A stretch of DNA of 64,000 nucleotides, from the NCBI GenBank assembly GCA_965235115.1, contig OZ249441.1, positions 15,934,001-15,998,000 on the forward strand, given 5' to 3'. The position numbers and the translations under genes are program-made. Below, one piece after another: positions 40,286-54,553 of this stretch. This DNA is from Laetmonice hystrix (lineage: Eukaryota). Every line of letters starts with the position of its first letter. The stretch's first letter is position 1. The notes beneath the pieces are model-generated. The model saw nothing but the letters and a program-made list of their open reading frames with translations. It was not told the origin of the DNA and did no database searches.

Positions 40286-41562
40286 CTTAATGAAGAACAT
40301 TTTCCACATCCCAAGGTACATTTTAATCCCGACATAAAGGTGAAGGCCGACTTCATTGTAACGGAAACCAAAATGGTTCCCCCAGAATTATCGGTGCCAA
40401 TAATCCAACTCGATCTGCAGAGATAAAAGTTAAACTATAGCAATTCTTACTGGCCCTATAGGATCACGTGATACCATTTCTGTCATACTGCGCACCACTG
40501 TCAGCTTTGGTAAACAATACTTGGAAACGTGCCATAGAATTTCCGCCCCACACCGTTTATCAGAATCTTTCCCGACTATACTCCACAACACTGGTGGTCA
40601 TATACCACAGCCACAAGAAAAACTTCCATTAGCGCGTCTTCTATGTAATCCTCGGTGGAATACCCACATGTTGTGTGGCAGGAAATTGCCATGGATAGAT
40701 ATCACAGTAAAAGATCATCCCTACTGAAAGCCTCCTTCTAACCAGGAATCAGTCAGTGTATAATCTGATAGTCCTACCCTCAACTAGGGTTGTCTGATAC
40801 TTGGTATTGCCTGAAGGACTGCTTGAATAGCATCAATCTTAGTCAATATCCTTGGATATGTTCTTGTCGGGCGCACACACTTACTCTTCTAGTCTCCCTG
40901 GACTCGGTTAACAAACCAATCTTAGCGGCAATGTCTTCTTTAGACATTGTAACATTGGATGTTGTCACGGGGGAAACTTTAGTGAATAAATACCACAAAA
41001 CACAAACCTCCGCGCATAACATATTAAAGTATTAAAATATTAATCAGAAGAATATCTGATGCACTCTGAGTTAAGATGGCGTCTATGCTGCAGAACAACT
41101 CCACAACAAACTTTTCTGCTAATCCAGCTGTGAGTACTTCAACAAGAAGTGCACGATGGCCAGCCATATTTATGGCCAGCCATATTTCTATTTGCAGGCC
41201 GCTATTTTAAACTATGCATAAACTAACACCTAACTTCTCATGTCTATAAATCTATCTTTACAAAGTTGAATGACGCCGGTGTGGTTGTATAGAATAATTT
41301 AGATAGCTATACTTCCTGATCGTACTGTGATGTATCAGCCTCGCGAGGGTGCGTACACCATACACTGACAACGTTTCCCTGCCTCTCCATCATCTAGTAA
41401 CCATACGAAGATCAACGGGGCGAAGATTCAAGTCTATGTCGAAGCAACCTTGAACAACAGCTGTTATAATGCCCTTGTATAAGCATCCCATGTCAGATTA
41501 TATAATCTCAGGCTGTTTGACACCTGTTTGCGGTTGCTATAGTAGTATAGCCTTGAGGAACC

Positions 41563-42447
41563 TCCTTCATGTTCACGTAGATACAGTGAAAAGTTTCAGA
41601 GTGCATTCAGACTCTACTTAACCTTCATGTTCACGTAGATACAGTGAAAAGTTTCAGAGTGCATTCAGACTCTACTTAACCTTCATGTTCACGTAGATAC
41701 AGTGTGAAGTTTCAGAGTGCATTCAGACTCCTACTTAACCTTCATGTTCACGTAGATACAGTGAGAAGTTTCAGAGTGCATTCAGACTCCTACTTTACCT
41801 TCATGTTCACGTAGATACAGTGAACAGATTTCAGAGTGCATTCAGACTCCAACTTAACCTTCATGTTCACGTAGATACAGTGAGAAGTTTCAGAGTGCAT
41901 TCAGACTCCTACTTAACCTTCACGTTCACGTAGATACAGTGTGAAGTTTTAGAGTGCATTCAGACTCCTACTTAACCTTCATGTTCACGTAGATACAGTG
42001 AGAAGTTTCAGAGTGCATTCAGACTCCTACTTAACCTTCATGTTCACGTAGATACAGTGTGAAGTTTCAGAGTGCATTCAGACTCTACTTAACCTTCATG
42101 TTCACGTAGATACAGTGAAAAGTTTCAGAGTGTATTCAGACTCTACTTAACCTTCATGTTCACGTAGATACAGTGTGAAGTTTCAGAGTGCATTCAGACT
42201 CCTACTTAACCTTCATGTTCACGTAGATACAGTGTGAAGTTTCAGAGTGCATTCAGACTCCTACTTAACCTTCATGTTCACGTAGATACAGTGAACAGAT
42301 TTCAGAGTGCATTCAGACTCCTACTTAACCTTCATGTTCACGTAGATACAGTGAGAAGTTTCAGAGTGCATTCAGACTCTGCTTAACCTTCATGTTCACG
42401 TAGATACAGTGTGAAGTTTCAGAGTGCATTTAGACTCTGCTTAACCT
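41563..42447. repeat. 58-59-bp minisatellite, about 15 units
   Basis: Unit aaccttcatgttcacgtagatacagtgNgaagtttcagagtgcattcagactc(c)tactt. Confidence 0.96.
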
Positions 42448-43289
42448 GACACTACTGGTAACTGCATGAAACAGATCTGATTACCTTGTAAGCAGTTCAC
42501 AACCACCAATGGCACTTACTTACTCTAGGGTTCCGCGCCAATTACGGCTAAGTAATACAATCAACAATATCTAGGAGTAATGGACACTCGGCTTTCTGCT
42601 GCTCGTCTATGTTATACCAAACACAATGATTGTTGGGCAGTTTTTAATGTGTCTCAATGACATTCATTATATCATCCTACGATAAGGTTTGATTCATCGA
42701 CGGTCTAGAAAACAGAATGGACGCGAATTGTCGTACGAGATGGTCGAAAATATCACGGCAGACTTGAGTTGAAAGAGATGACTGCAATCCGTTACGTCAA
42801 TTAGACAAGCACCATTTGTCCAGGCATTGTCCTTTATGTACACAAATTGTTGATTGAAATAGATACTGCTTTTATTACCGGAATTCATGTGTAGTAATCC
42901 ACTGGCTTACTCTGCCTATAACCCTTGGGTAAACTGAATTACTCCTACCAACCATACGTTCCTGTTTCACCCACCTACGTAATCATTCGCCGTAATTCGT
43001 CCTGGGCTAAAAGCAGCTTACGGCACATGCTGATGAATTTCCATAGTCGCGGCACGGAGTAGTTTGAATCAATTACTCGTACTGAGGATTAGGCCTTTCT
43101 CTGCAATGTCTTCCACTGACTGTGCTCTGAATTCACAGCAAACATGTTCAGCTAAACAGATTCCTACCCTTGAATCCCAGACCGGGTGTACCATGGAATC
43201 ATCCCAGCCATATGGGAGCTAAGTCGGAATATATCAAATTTCATCAATTTCTCTATGGAATACATGCCTCATATGGGTTCCAGTAATAT

Positions 43290-43500
43290 GTGCGATAAGT
43301 ATAGCCGACAGAACATTTTTTTACCAGATTCTACCTGCTCTCATGCTGTCAGGTCTCACTTCCTTTTTAGAGAGTAAAGTACTTGAGTGTGTTTTTCCTA
43401 CGCCAAACACTGAATGGCTTAATTGCGTAATGAATGGCCTGAGGCTCGTGCTTTCTCCGGATCCGGTGTCTTTAAACCTTCCAATGACTGGCATACTTTA
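43290..43500 (-). pseudogene. Possible decayed tyrosine-recombinase fragment (Crypton/DIRS type)
   Basis: Manual translation gives ...KTPDPEKARASGHSLRN*AIQCLA*EK..., resembling the HSLR/HSxR box-II motif. Multiple stops, motif-level similarity only. Confidence 0.25.
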
Positions 43501-44200
43501 AAATATCTTCGCTACTGGCGCTTTGATTACGTGAATATGCGTTGTAAATTGGATTAGAATCAATTTCCGCTTGGAACCAGCGATCGCTAAGGCTTTCAAG
43601 ACCATCTCACCACACCCAGAATCGTATGAAGAACTCCAGACTGAGATCGTACCCAGGTTTGCCCAACCATTAAAGGCTTATTTATTGATATAACACCCAC
43701 ACACCGAGAGTAGATTGGCTAAATCTGTATAATGATAGGATCTCCATCTTTGTCTTACCCAGTGAGGCCCACTGAACAGAAGCAATCCTTCTCCACTCAC
43801 CTGCAAATAGATGAAACGGTTTACATAATTATACACGCCGATACTGTGATATTTTATATATTCTTTACGCCAATTACTGGATTCTTTTTTACCTCTGAGA
43901 TAAAGATAGAATAAGCGCAATATTGTAATATAGTATGTCATGGGACATATTAGCTTTACTGCAAAATGGCTGCAAAAGAATACCTCATTCATTGAAAAAT
44001 GTAAGTAATATACAGGATATTTATATGTCTGGCGCACAACAATGTCAACAAACAATGGGATTGAGCTCGTTACAGTAAGAAACATAATGGGAATGTCAAT
44101 GGACCTAGTGATAATGAATATACGATGATGGCTACTGTAACTAATAATGAATAAACGGCAAAGTGTTCCCGCCGGATAACATGTATTACGTGGGAACGGG

Positions 44201-44470
44201 GTGGGTGGGTGGGTATTTGGGGTTTTACGCCTTGCAACAGCCAGGGTCATATCACGGCGGTGAAGATGAGATGAAAGTCAGTTTTTCTTGGTGGAGGAAA
44301 CCGGAGTACCCGGAGGAAACCACCGACCTTCGGGAAGGAACTGACTGACAAACCTTTCACACATGCAGCCCAGGCCGGGAATCGAACCCGGGTCGCAGCG
44401 GTGTGAGGCGATGGTCCTAGGTGTCATGATGGAGCCGACACCTTAGACCACTCGGCCACCCGAGGCCCCC
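44201..44470 (-). mobile_element. tRNA-derived SINE, second copy, 12-bp TSD
   Basis: Reverse complement of 40018-40285. By eye it differs only in one A-run length and tail length. TSD cgtgggaacggg at 44189-44200 and 44471-44482. Confidence 0.92.
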
Positions 44471-44576
44471 CGTGGGAACGGGAAGCGTCATCTAGTAGAA
44501 AATATGCGTGAGTATATTGTGACATGTCAACTCCATGTTACCATGACGAAGTAGATACAGTATTATTTATTTATAA

Positions 44577-44738
44577 CAGTAGTGTACCCAGGGGGGTGCT
44601 TGGGGTGCTCAAGCACCCCCCTCAATTTGCCCAATTTTTGGGTGCGCTTGTTGCCCACAGCCCCCTCACAATTTGCAGCGCCTACGACGTTGGTTATTTC
44701 CAGCACCTCCCTGGGTCCAGTTTCTGGGTACGCCACTG
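44577..44738. mobile_element. Small MITE, hAT-like termini, 5-bp TSD
   Basis: TIR cagtagtgtacccag / ctgggtacgccactg (2 mismatches), flanked by tataa on both sides. Confidence 0.7.
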
Positions 44739-46282
44739 TATAACACAAATGGTAATGGATTGTATGGCCGGTTTTAAATCATAGTGAAATATTTCGGCCT
44801 CCTCGAGACAGTGGCAATAATAATTCTTATCAGTTCCCATCCTAATGAAGTGAAAGTTTAAAGATTGTGATGCGTCGTGTATCCGAACGTAGGGTATTAC
44901 TTGTATACTGGCAAACCCTCAATAATCAATACCTAACACACTTCATCCCCCTTCTACCCCAGCCCCCCCCTCCCACCCCCACCCCCCCACCCCCATCTCA
45001 GGCCACCCAAACCGGCCTTCCGACTCCCCCCGTCAGCCAGTAGAGTAGAACCTTGAAATATAAATGCGACTGTATCGGAACTCCCTTTCACATTTTTAAC
45101 TAATTCATTCACCTCCGTCGGATACCAAATCCACGGTCTCCATGACATAAAAATGTTCTGGATCAAAGTAATTTACCCTGACTGTAGTTGTGACTCGGTC
45201 CCTGGCCCTTTCCTGTATAAACCACCCATACTGACAGAATCCTACCCTGTGTTTACGTATCCCTGGAGACTGGCCTAAATTCCCGGTGATGTCTTTATTC
45301 AATAGACCCGGCTGACCCGCTGGGTGTAAACCAAATCGATACTTCAGCCGGGGAGTTGACACAACTTGCACGGTATTCAACTCTGGTTTTGGTGGGCGCT
45401 ATAGTTGATCTAGTTGTACCACTGGTCAAGATGAATGGGTCTCAAGTCCCCAAACTGTACCACCATTTTTTTTATCCTGACAAGGCGGGCTCAACAAAAC
45501 AGCTGATAAGATTACGATCCCAAACCAGAGTAAAATCCGTTTACACCACGGCGGGTTCCAGGACGACGCCGGGCCCCGTGATGGTCGGCCGTGCTCAGTG
45601 TTATTTGGGATACTCGCTCTATACAAAGCAAAGTCAATGTAGAGCTTCCTATATTAGATTCCAAACCACACAATGCAAGCGCATTTTACAGTCTACTGCA
45701 AAGCTAAGGCCTATGCCGATTTTGAAACTGCTACCAAAGCGAGTTTTCCTTTAGGTATGTTGAAGCTGGTAGACTCCTAGATCTATAATGCTCCAACACC
45801 TCCGAGATGGACGGCCATGCGAATTTTGATTTAATGGTGTTATTTCACACTGTATGTTTCCTGGTTGGCCTTCCCTGTTTCTGGAAATGGGTTCCATCCT
45901 TTAATCTCAAAATCTCAAAATCTCAATAAAAGGGTGATGCCATAAACGCATGGACGTCGCAAGGACAATCCTCTATGTGGACATGGGCCTTTAATTAAAC
46001 TATCAGAACCTATGTGTATGTGTCAATCCATTTTTATTGAAAGACCAGAGTGCAGTAAAGAATTAAATATTCGGCAAAATGCCCACCTTTTAACCCCCCA
46101 CCCCCACCCACCCATGGTAGTAGGTAATACCACTCACAGAATCCGCGGGGGTGGGGAGGGGGGGGGGGGGTAACCTGAAGTGTTCCTCGACCACTGCCAA
46201 CTTCCTCCTGGCCACGCCCACGTCGCACGGACGCTGTGAGCGTTGCCAGAACATTGACTGGTTTCTTTTCCCCTCCAGTTTA

Positions 46283-46543
46283 CTAACGGCAGGTAGCCAG
46301 CAATACGGTCCTACACCACAATCTGGTCACGAACCCCCCTAATGTAATTGACATTTTGACCTTAGTGTTCTCAGAGGAAGCCTTTCCTTGCTTCACATTC
46401 TCCCAAGCGTCGGTGGTCATCAATTTCCAATACTCCAAGTAGCTCTTAAAGCAGCGCTCCGAACCCTGCGCCTCCCTCGGACTTTTAGTTTCACACCGGA
46501 TAGCTCCAACAAGTTCTTTCATAAGCATCCTTCCGACTAACAA
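46283..46543 (-). pseudogene. Possible decayed DIRS-like retroelement fragment
   Basis: KSYLEYWKLMTTDAWENVKQG resembles the L..F...W..IT.D.W....V..G segment upstream of DIRS RT domains. Short, motif-level only. Confidence 0.3.
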
Positions 46544-46717
46544 TACTCACTTACAATCACTTACCTCGTCACAAGTGCCATTGCAAGCATTTTGAAAGCG
46601 ATGCTTTGAAATACTATGATTGGATGCGATGGTCAGACATGCTAAGTCTGGTCAGACTTCAGACTTTAATCTGCGAGTTCATTTTTCGAAGTGTGGCTGA
46701 ACTTGACTTTACAAAGA

Positions 46718-47007
46718 TATCACACGGATACCCAGACCACGTGTGTATCTATCACACGGATACCCAAACCACGTGTGTATCTATCACACTGATACCCAGA
46801 CCACGTGTGTATCTATCACACGGATACCCAAACCACGTGTGTATCTATCACACGGATACCCAAACCACGTGTGTATCTATCACACGGATACCCAGACCAC
46901 GTGTGTATCTATCACACGGATACCCAGACCACGTGTGTATCTATCACACGGATACCCAGACCACGTGTGTATCTATCACAGGGATACCCAGACCACGTGT
47001 GTATCTA
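46718..47007. repeat. 32-bp minisatellite, about 9 units
   Basis: Unit atctatcacacggatacccagaccacgtgtgt. Confidence 0.95.
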
Positions 47008-48013
47008 ACAGTTGTTAGATATCTATCAGTAAAAGTGACTACAGGTGTCAGTCATCTCATCTCATATCTCTGTGTCTGGATCAGATTGCTGTACATGTGC
47101 CTCCAGCAGGATTAGTATACATGATACGACACGATAATATTCTGTTACGCCTCTAAGAGAATATTATGTGAACCATCCCCGTCTGTACATGTCATACTCC
47201 TTATTTTGAATGTCTACCATGTTCCGCCCGTATCGGGCCCAGACCCGCAGATGACGAGAGACTTCATTATTATAATAATCTCCTCCCGACGGTTATACTA
47301 GTGACTTACTGAGTTACAGTTCGACGGCCGTGCAGACATTTGGCTACAGAGTTTTAAAAACCGATATTTCCGAGGACATTTCCTAGTATTGCTGCTCAAG
47401 CCCTTCGGTTTCCCAAATGCAATGAACCGAATTCATCAGCGAAATTCACCAGCCAAAACCTTCCAACAGAAATCGAGTTTTTGTTTGTTTTTGGTTTTCG
47501 ACTCAGTGCATTTACTTGACGTATTAGTTACACCACTAACCACGTTAGGGAATCAGAACAAGCCAACTTTCCCAAATCACCACGGCTAGCATTAATACAA
47601 CTCACACTTCCACCCTACTGGCGTCTGAAATCGATTCACTAATCATAATCATAATCATATGAATGCCTCCAGGCTATTCGACCGAAATCGGCGTTACCCC
47701 CTTTAAAATCAAGCACCTTCCCTCCTCCACATCAATTCCACATACTTAGGGCAGTCTTATCACTACTGATACGTCCGACTTGGATTTACCGCTTGACCAG
47801 CCACTCACACTGTAGATATTTATCTACTATTGATAGGGACCGATCCTCAGTCGTTATCCTTCCCCTCATGATGTAGTCACTTGCCAATCACCTCCTTCCC
47901 AAACTCTGGCGTCCTGCTGAGATACGTTCTCCAGCCAGTGGACAGCACGGGTAGGACTGACCAGTGGTGAATGATGGTCACTTACATTTACAACAGGCAG
48001 GGAGTTGTATGTG

Positions 48014-49378
48014 TGTGAGCGGGTTATGGAGAACATCTACCCTAACCTCAGACAGGTACCCGCGTACAACCATCACTCACTCTGACCAGTGTGAGCGGGT
48101 TATGGAGAACATCTACCCTAACCTCAGACAGGTACCCGCGTACAACCATCACTCACTCTGACCAGTGTGAGCGGGTTATGGAGAACATCTACCCTAACCT
48201 CAGACAGGTACCCGCGTACAACCATCACTCACTCTGACCAGTGTGAGCGGGTTATGGAGAACATCTACCCTAACCTCAGACAGGTACCCGCGTACAACCA
48301 TCACTCACTCTGACCAGTGTGAGCGGGTTATGGAGAACATCTACCCTAACCTCAGACAGGTACCCGCGTACAACCATCACTCACTCTGACCAGTGTGAGC
48401 GGGTTATGGAGAACATCTACCCTAACCTCAGACAGGTACCCGCGTACAACCATCACTCACTCTGACCAGTGTGAGCGGGTTATGGAGAACATCTACCCTA
48501 ACCTCAGACAGGTACCCGCGTACAACCATCACTCACTCTGACCAGTGTGAGCGGATTATGGAGAACATCTACCCTAACCTCAGACAGGTACCCGCGTACA
48601 ACAATCACTCACTCTGACCAGTGTGAGCGGGTTATGGAGAACATCTACCCTAACCTCAGACAGGTACCCGCGTACAACCATCACTCACTCTGACCAGTGT
48701 GAGCGGGTTATGGAGAACATCTACCCTAACCTCAGACAGGTACCCGCGTACAACCATCACTCACTCTGACCAGTGTGAGCGGGTTATGGAGAACATCTAC
48801 CCTAACCTCAGACAGGTACCCGCGTACAACCATCACTCACTCTGACCAGTGTGAGCGGGTTATGGAGAACATCTACCCTAACCTCAGACAGGTACCCGCG
48901 TACAACCATCACTCACTCTGACCAGTGTGAGCGGGTTATGGAGAACATCTACCCTAACCTCAGACAGGTACCCGCGTACAACTATCACTCACTCTGACCA
49001 GTGTGAGCGGGTTATGGAGAACATCTACCCTAACCTCAGACAGGTACCCGCGTACAACCATCACTCACTCTGACCAGTGTGAGCGGGTTATGGAGAACAT
49101 CTACCCTAACCTCAGACAGGTACCCGCGTACAACCATCACTCACTCTGACCAGTGTGAGCGGGTTATGGAGAACATCTACCCTAACCTCAGACAGGTACC
49201 CGCGTACAACCATCACTCACTCTGACCAGTGTGAGCGGGTTATGGAGAACATCTACCCTAACCTCAGACAGGTACCCGCGTACAACCATCACTCACTCTG
49301 ACCAGTGTGAGTGGGTTATGGAGAACATCTACCCTAACCTCAGACAGGTACCCGCGTACAACCATCACTCACTCTCAC
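48014..49378. repeat. 76-bp minisatellite, about 18 near-identical units
   Basis: Unit gtgtgagcgggttatggagaacatctaccctaacctcagacaggtacccgcgtacaaccatcactcactctgacca, period 76. Confidence 0.97.
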
Positions 49379-50630
49379 CAATCGAGAGCGAACGCTGAGA
49401 GAAGGGAGACAGAAGCGAGCAGGATAAGGCAGTGGTTGACATGGCAATATGAACAAGCCAATAGATGTGAGGAATGAGCGTTGGCTTGCAGTGGGTTTGG
49501 ACTTTGAGGCGGCCGTCCCAGTCGGTGGCTCGTCTATCGATCGACACACAGAGACCTAGAGCGCCATCAGCCGGCGGCCTCTCATTTACTCCCACTTCCA
49601 GCCTTGCCACCCTGCGATACAAACCTGGGTTTGCACACCAATGTGCCCGTGCTCCTGCCCCTTCCGTCCACTTAAGAACAGGATATTACGATGTCTAAAT
49701 AACGACTGACAGAAATTAACCGTCGGGGATCCTGGCACTAGACAGCAAGCACTACATATAGAGAGAGCTGATGGATAGGCAGCAAAACATCTTCATATAG
49801 TACTAGCATTATGGATATTTCTGCCTTAACAGCAGAATTAGCTTTGATCAGGCTTTCCTGGTTTTGATCCCATGTCTGTTTATTCTCCACCTGGTGGCAG
49901 CAATTTAAAATCCTGACGCCTTCACTCCCAATGCCAAGGCCGCTTTATGATGATGCCAGGATTTATGGTGTGTCTAAAGACCCACAGTCCCAGAAAACAA
50001 CTGCATGTAACCAGGTCTGCCTCATACCGAGCGGCTCCAGCCAACCGCCAGGCTACGACTGCCCAGACTCCAGCCAATCACTGGTCGCGCTGCTGCTGTG
50101 GTATGAAATCTATAAAAACAAGAGGAGTCCCCCAACGGGAGCTCTCACCCTCTTAATTACGGACCGTCTTCGCCCTGAAGCCAGGACTGGCTATTTGGAA
50201 GATATAACTGTCCCACAAAAAGCTATAACCAGTCCTCAGTGGCTGAGAACCCTGTTCCGTGGTATAGCATGTTGTTTTATGTCCCCACACAGAGCTACAG
50301 AACGGTCATCTAAAGCTGATTACGGTCATCCGTGGTGACAACTACAGAATTATCATCTTCCTTATGGCTACTCAATATGTTCCCCGAGAGCAACATTTAC
50401 TTAAGGGACCGAGGACCGGATTGTTTAATTAAGGTAATGGTGAAAAAGCGACACGAGGGTTGTGTAAATTGTGTTTTAAGTTACTAAACCCCTGTTTAAT
50501 AGCATTCCACATACTAAGGCCATCGAAACTCCCTGGTGCCTCCCAACTCACAAACAAAAGCAGCAAATAAACATCTGGCCCAGTTTAGTGTCACCGAGCC
50601 GAGCCTTGGAAACATGGAACACATATAAGG

Positions 50631-50742
50631 TCCCGTAATCCGACTACCTGTATCCGTAATCCGACTACATGTATCCCGTAATCCGACTACCTGTATCCCG
50701 TAATCCGACTACCTGTATCCCGTAATCAGACTACGTGTATCC
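50631..50742. repeat. 22-bp minisatellite, 5 units
   Basis: Unit tcccgtaatccgactacctgta. Confidence 0.9.
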
Positions 50743-50791
50743 ACCATACTGTGGGTTGATGATCACTCTGAGATTACGCCAACCAGATCAG

Positions 50792-50917
50792 GGCCCGGTT
50801 CACATGCAAAGTCAAGTCAATTTTAATTAACTTGAAATCCCTTTTAACAAATCAGATTCAAGTAAAACTGACTTTAAGTTAATTAAATTTGACTTGACTT
50901 TGCTTGTGAACCGGGCC
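50792..50917. mobile_element. 126-bp PIF/Harbinger-like MITE
   Basis: About 42-bp imperfect TIRs (ggcccggttcacatgcaaagtcaagtcaattttaattaactt / aagttaattaaatttgacttgactttgcttgtgaaccgggcc) with a 3-bp cag TSD. CWG TSDs are known for animal Harbingers. Confidence 0.75.
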
Positions 50918-51547
50918 CAGACCTTCACTCGTCAAACATGACATTATCCCATTACTCATGCTGAGGCCCATCACAGCCGGAATGCCGAACCTCGCCTAAC
51001 TTTGTGGTCGTTGAACTAATTAACCCCAGGTTAACAACTATACCCGCATGTTGTGGTGAGATGACATACCCACCAAACATATCACTTCATACAAGGTATA
51101 CAGGGACATGTACAAGTGTATCATGTACCAGCGTGGTTGTCCTGGTGATACAGGTAGCTCTGCTACCTCTTTGTGTACAACTACACCAGTGGCAGAAACA
51201 TAAACATACGGAGATACTGCATGAGATCAGGAACAAGAGAACACGGTATGTTTCGTGCAGAGTCACTTGGGAACACACTTATGCGATACACCCTGCATAC
51301 CCTTGGTAAAAAAAGACTCCGTACACGTCTACCTGAATGGTTCTTGAACATGCTGAAACAGTACAGCCATGTGCCGTCAGTGCAACTTGAAGACGCATAC
51401 CCCATGACACTGAGTCATCAGGCACGTGTGTGACTCAGACTGCATGCACTCAGTACTGATAAACTGTGACCTTTTCTGTAGACCTATCATGGGATCATGA
51501 AACGCCAGTGAGTACTGGTGACCTGGGACCCACAGCTCTACTTTCGA

Positions 51548-53085
51548 ATCATGAAGCATTAGTATTCCTGGTAAACTGGGACCTCCAGAGTTATCTGGGA
51601 TCGTGAAACATTAGTATTCCTGGTAAACTGGGACCTCCAGATCTATCTGGGATCGTGAAACATTAGTATTCCTGGTAAACTGGGACCTCCAGATCTATCT
51701 GTGGATCATGAAACATTAGTATTCTTGGTAAACTGGGACCTCCAGATCTATCTGGGATCGTGAAACATTAGTATTCCTGGTAAACTGGGACCTCCAGATC
51801 TATCTGGGATCGTGAAACATTAGTATTCCTGGTAAACTGGGACCTCCAGATCTATCTGGGATCGTGAAACATTAGTATTCCTGGTAAACTGGGACCTCCA
51901 GATCTATCTGTGGATCATGAAACATTAGTGTTCTTGGTAAACTGGGACCTCCAGATCTATCTGTGGATCATGAAACATTAGTATTCCTGGTAAACTGGGA
52001 CCTCCAGATCTATCTGGGATCGTGAAACATTAGTATTCTTAGTAAACTGGGACCTCCAGATCTATCTGTGGATCATGAAACATTAGTATTCCTGGTAAAC
52101 TGGGACCTCCAGATCTATCTGGGATCGTGAAACATTAGTATTCCTGGTCAACTGGGACCTCCAGATCTATCTGGGGATCATGAAACATTAGTATTCTTAG
52201 TAAACTGGGACCTCCAGATCTATCTGGGGATCGTGAAACATTAGTATTCTTGGTAAACTGGGACCTCCAGATCTATCTGGGGATCATGAAACATTAGTAT
52301 TCTTGGTAAACTGGGACCTCCAGATCTATCTGGGGATCATGAAACATTAGTATTCCTGGTAAACTGGGACCTCCAGAGTTATCTGGGGATCATGAAACAT
52401 TAGTATTCCTGGTAAACTGGGACCTCCAGATCTATCTGGGGATCATGAAACATTAGTATTCTTGGTAAACTGGGACCTCCAGATCTATCTGTGGATCATG
52501 AAACATTAGTATCCCTGGTAAACTGGGACCTCCAGATCTATCTGGGGATCGTGAAACATTAGTATTTCTGTTAAACTGGGACCTCCAGATCTAATTGTGG
52601 ATCATGAAACATTAGTATTCCTGGTAAACTGGGACCTCCAGATCTATCTGGGATCGTGAAACATTAGTATTCTTAGTAAACTGGGACCTCCAGATCTATC
52701 TGGGATCGTGAAACATTAGTATTCCTGGTAAACTGGGACCTCCAGATCTATCTGGGATCGTGAAACATTAGTATTCCTGGTAAACTGGGACCTCCAGATC
52801 TATCTGGGATCGTGAAACATTAGTATTCTTGGTAAACTGGGACCTCCAGATCTATCTGGGATCATGAAACATTAGTATTCCTGGTAAACTGGGACCTCCA
52901 GATCTATCTGGGATCGTGAAACATTAGTATTCTTGGTAAACTGGGACCTCCAGATCTATCTGGGATCGTGAAACATTAGTATTCCTGGTAAACTGGGACC
53001 TCCAGATCTATCTGGGATCGTGAAACATTAGTATTCTTGGTCAACTGGGACCTCCAGATCTATCTGGGGATCATGAAACATCAGT
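51548..53085. repeat. 52-53-bp minisatellite, about 29 units
   Basis: Unit gatcRtgaaacattagtattcYtggtaaactgggacctccagatctatct(g/t)gg. Confidence 0.97.
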
Positions 53086-54553
53086 AATGTTCACTGGTAA
53101 ACTGATAAGCCCGCGGACCACGAAACAATGGGCACAATGACGGATGAGATGCGCGTGCCTACATGATAGCCAGACTGGAGCCCAATCATACTAATATTGG
53201 CCAGATACCCAGAAAATTTCCATGAACAATGTGGGGGCACAATATGTCTCATCCCCATCGATATGATAGGTTCGAAGCAGGCAATTTCAATGGTTTCTCG
53301 GTAAACTGGCGACTGAAGAGATGTTCGTACAACGAACTCCCGCCATCAAAGGCTGCCAGCAACCTTGATGACCTTCTGACATAGACTTCAGGAAAGGTCA
53401 AAAACGGAACTCGATAGCAATGGCCAAGGTCAGTGTGTGAACCAGGATAACTATGGGAGTATGCCCTAGAGGGTAAACGATGGTCGGGTTCGGTGTGCTA
53501 CGCCTGCGGCCCCCAGGACGTTTAAGACACGTACGATATATCTAGCAGTGGTAGGGTGGGACTGCTCCAGCCACGGCTCCAACTGCCTTTACTCCGTCTT
53601 GGAGGTCAATACAAACAACCCACGCAAGTTTTCTCTCAAATTGCACAGCTGACCTTGCCATTTTTAATGACTCCGACTTTGCTATTTTTAATGACTCCTT
53701 GAAATCACTTATCAATATTGGCCGTAAATGTGTAAGGGTAAATAGGAAAAATTATATAACATATGCTACCATGGCATTTTTCATTTTTATTGCATCAGTA
53801 GTGGATGTGCGCCTAGGGAAAGGTTCTGCTTCCTTCCCAATAAAGATACCACACTGTGATTAGTGTCAGCCAGTAGCCGGGTGGGTGGGTGAGGGTGAGG
53901 GGTTGCACCCCTTATTACCCAGACCTAACAAAGTAACAATCAACATACTTGGAGTCATCACCTGCCATATATCATTAGTCTCCAACGTGGATGCCTGAAG
54001 CCCACAGTACCATACTGTCATGTTATGATGTATTAGGACAATTAAGTAAAAGAAGAAGAGCAAAATCAGCCATCGTCACTGGCCTGTGCCACTATATCCT
54101 TGTAAAGAGTCTGACTCCTCGTTAGGGACCAATTCAGTGCTCCTCAATGCACGCGTATTCATACAAGTCATATCTTGGAGATATTTGCATTCTACAGTGA
54201 CATGTAAGTTCTGGTAGATTGATATGCTCCATTTTATATACGCAGAGTTTTCATTGCCCGGCAGGGTGAACGTCCACACCAACAGGCGCTCTGCTCTGGA
54301 CTCCGACAGCGCCCGCCAGAATTAGGCAGGCCTTGGCCGCAATCAGCGTACCGCCTTCCTTGCTAGTACAGCTCGAGAGCTGATTTCAGCCTAATGTACG
54401 GGTCTACTTGGGAGTCCGCGGGGATCTGCCCACCAAGGATCAATGTCCTCAACTTCTTCAGCCCTTCCCCACTTGGGGAATCAACAACACCGGTTTGTGC
54501 ACTCTTGTGGCATTTTAAAAGGCCACCTACCCATACTCACCCACACTGCACAC

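Noticed and set aside
1122-53085. General enrichment of AGGT proto-splice sites or 6-bp palindromes in array units
   Set aside because: Occurrences are about what chance predicts for 40-80 bp units on two strands. Only the 58-bp array has a demonstrable splice-site origin.
54076-54282. 68-aa minus-strand ORF as an exon of another gene
   Set aside because: No recognisable homology or convincing splice signals; similar short ORFs are common across the intron.
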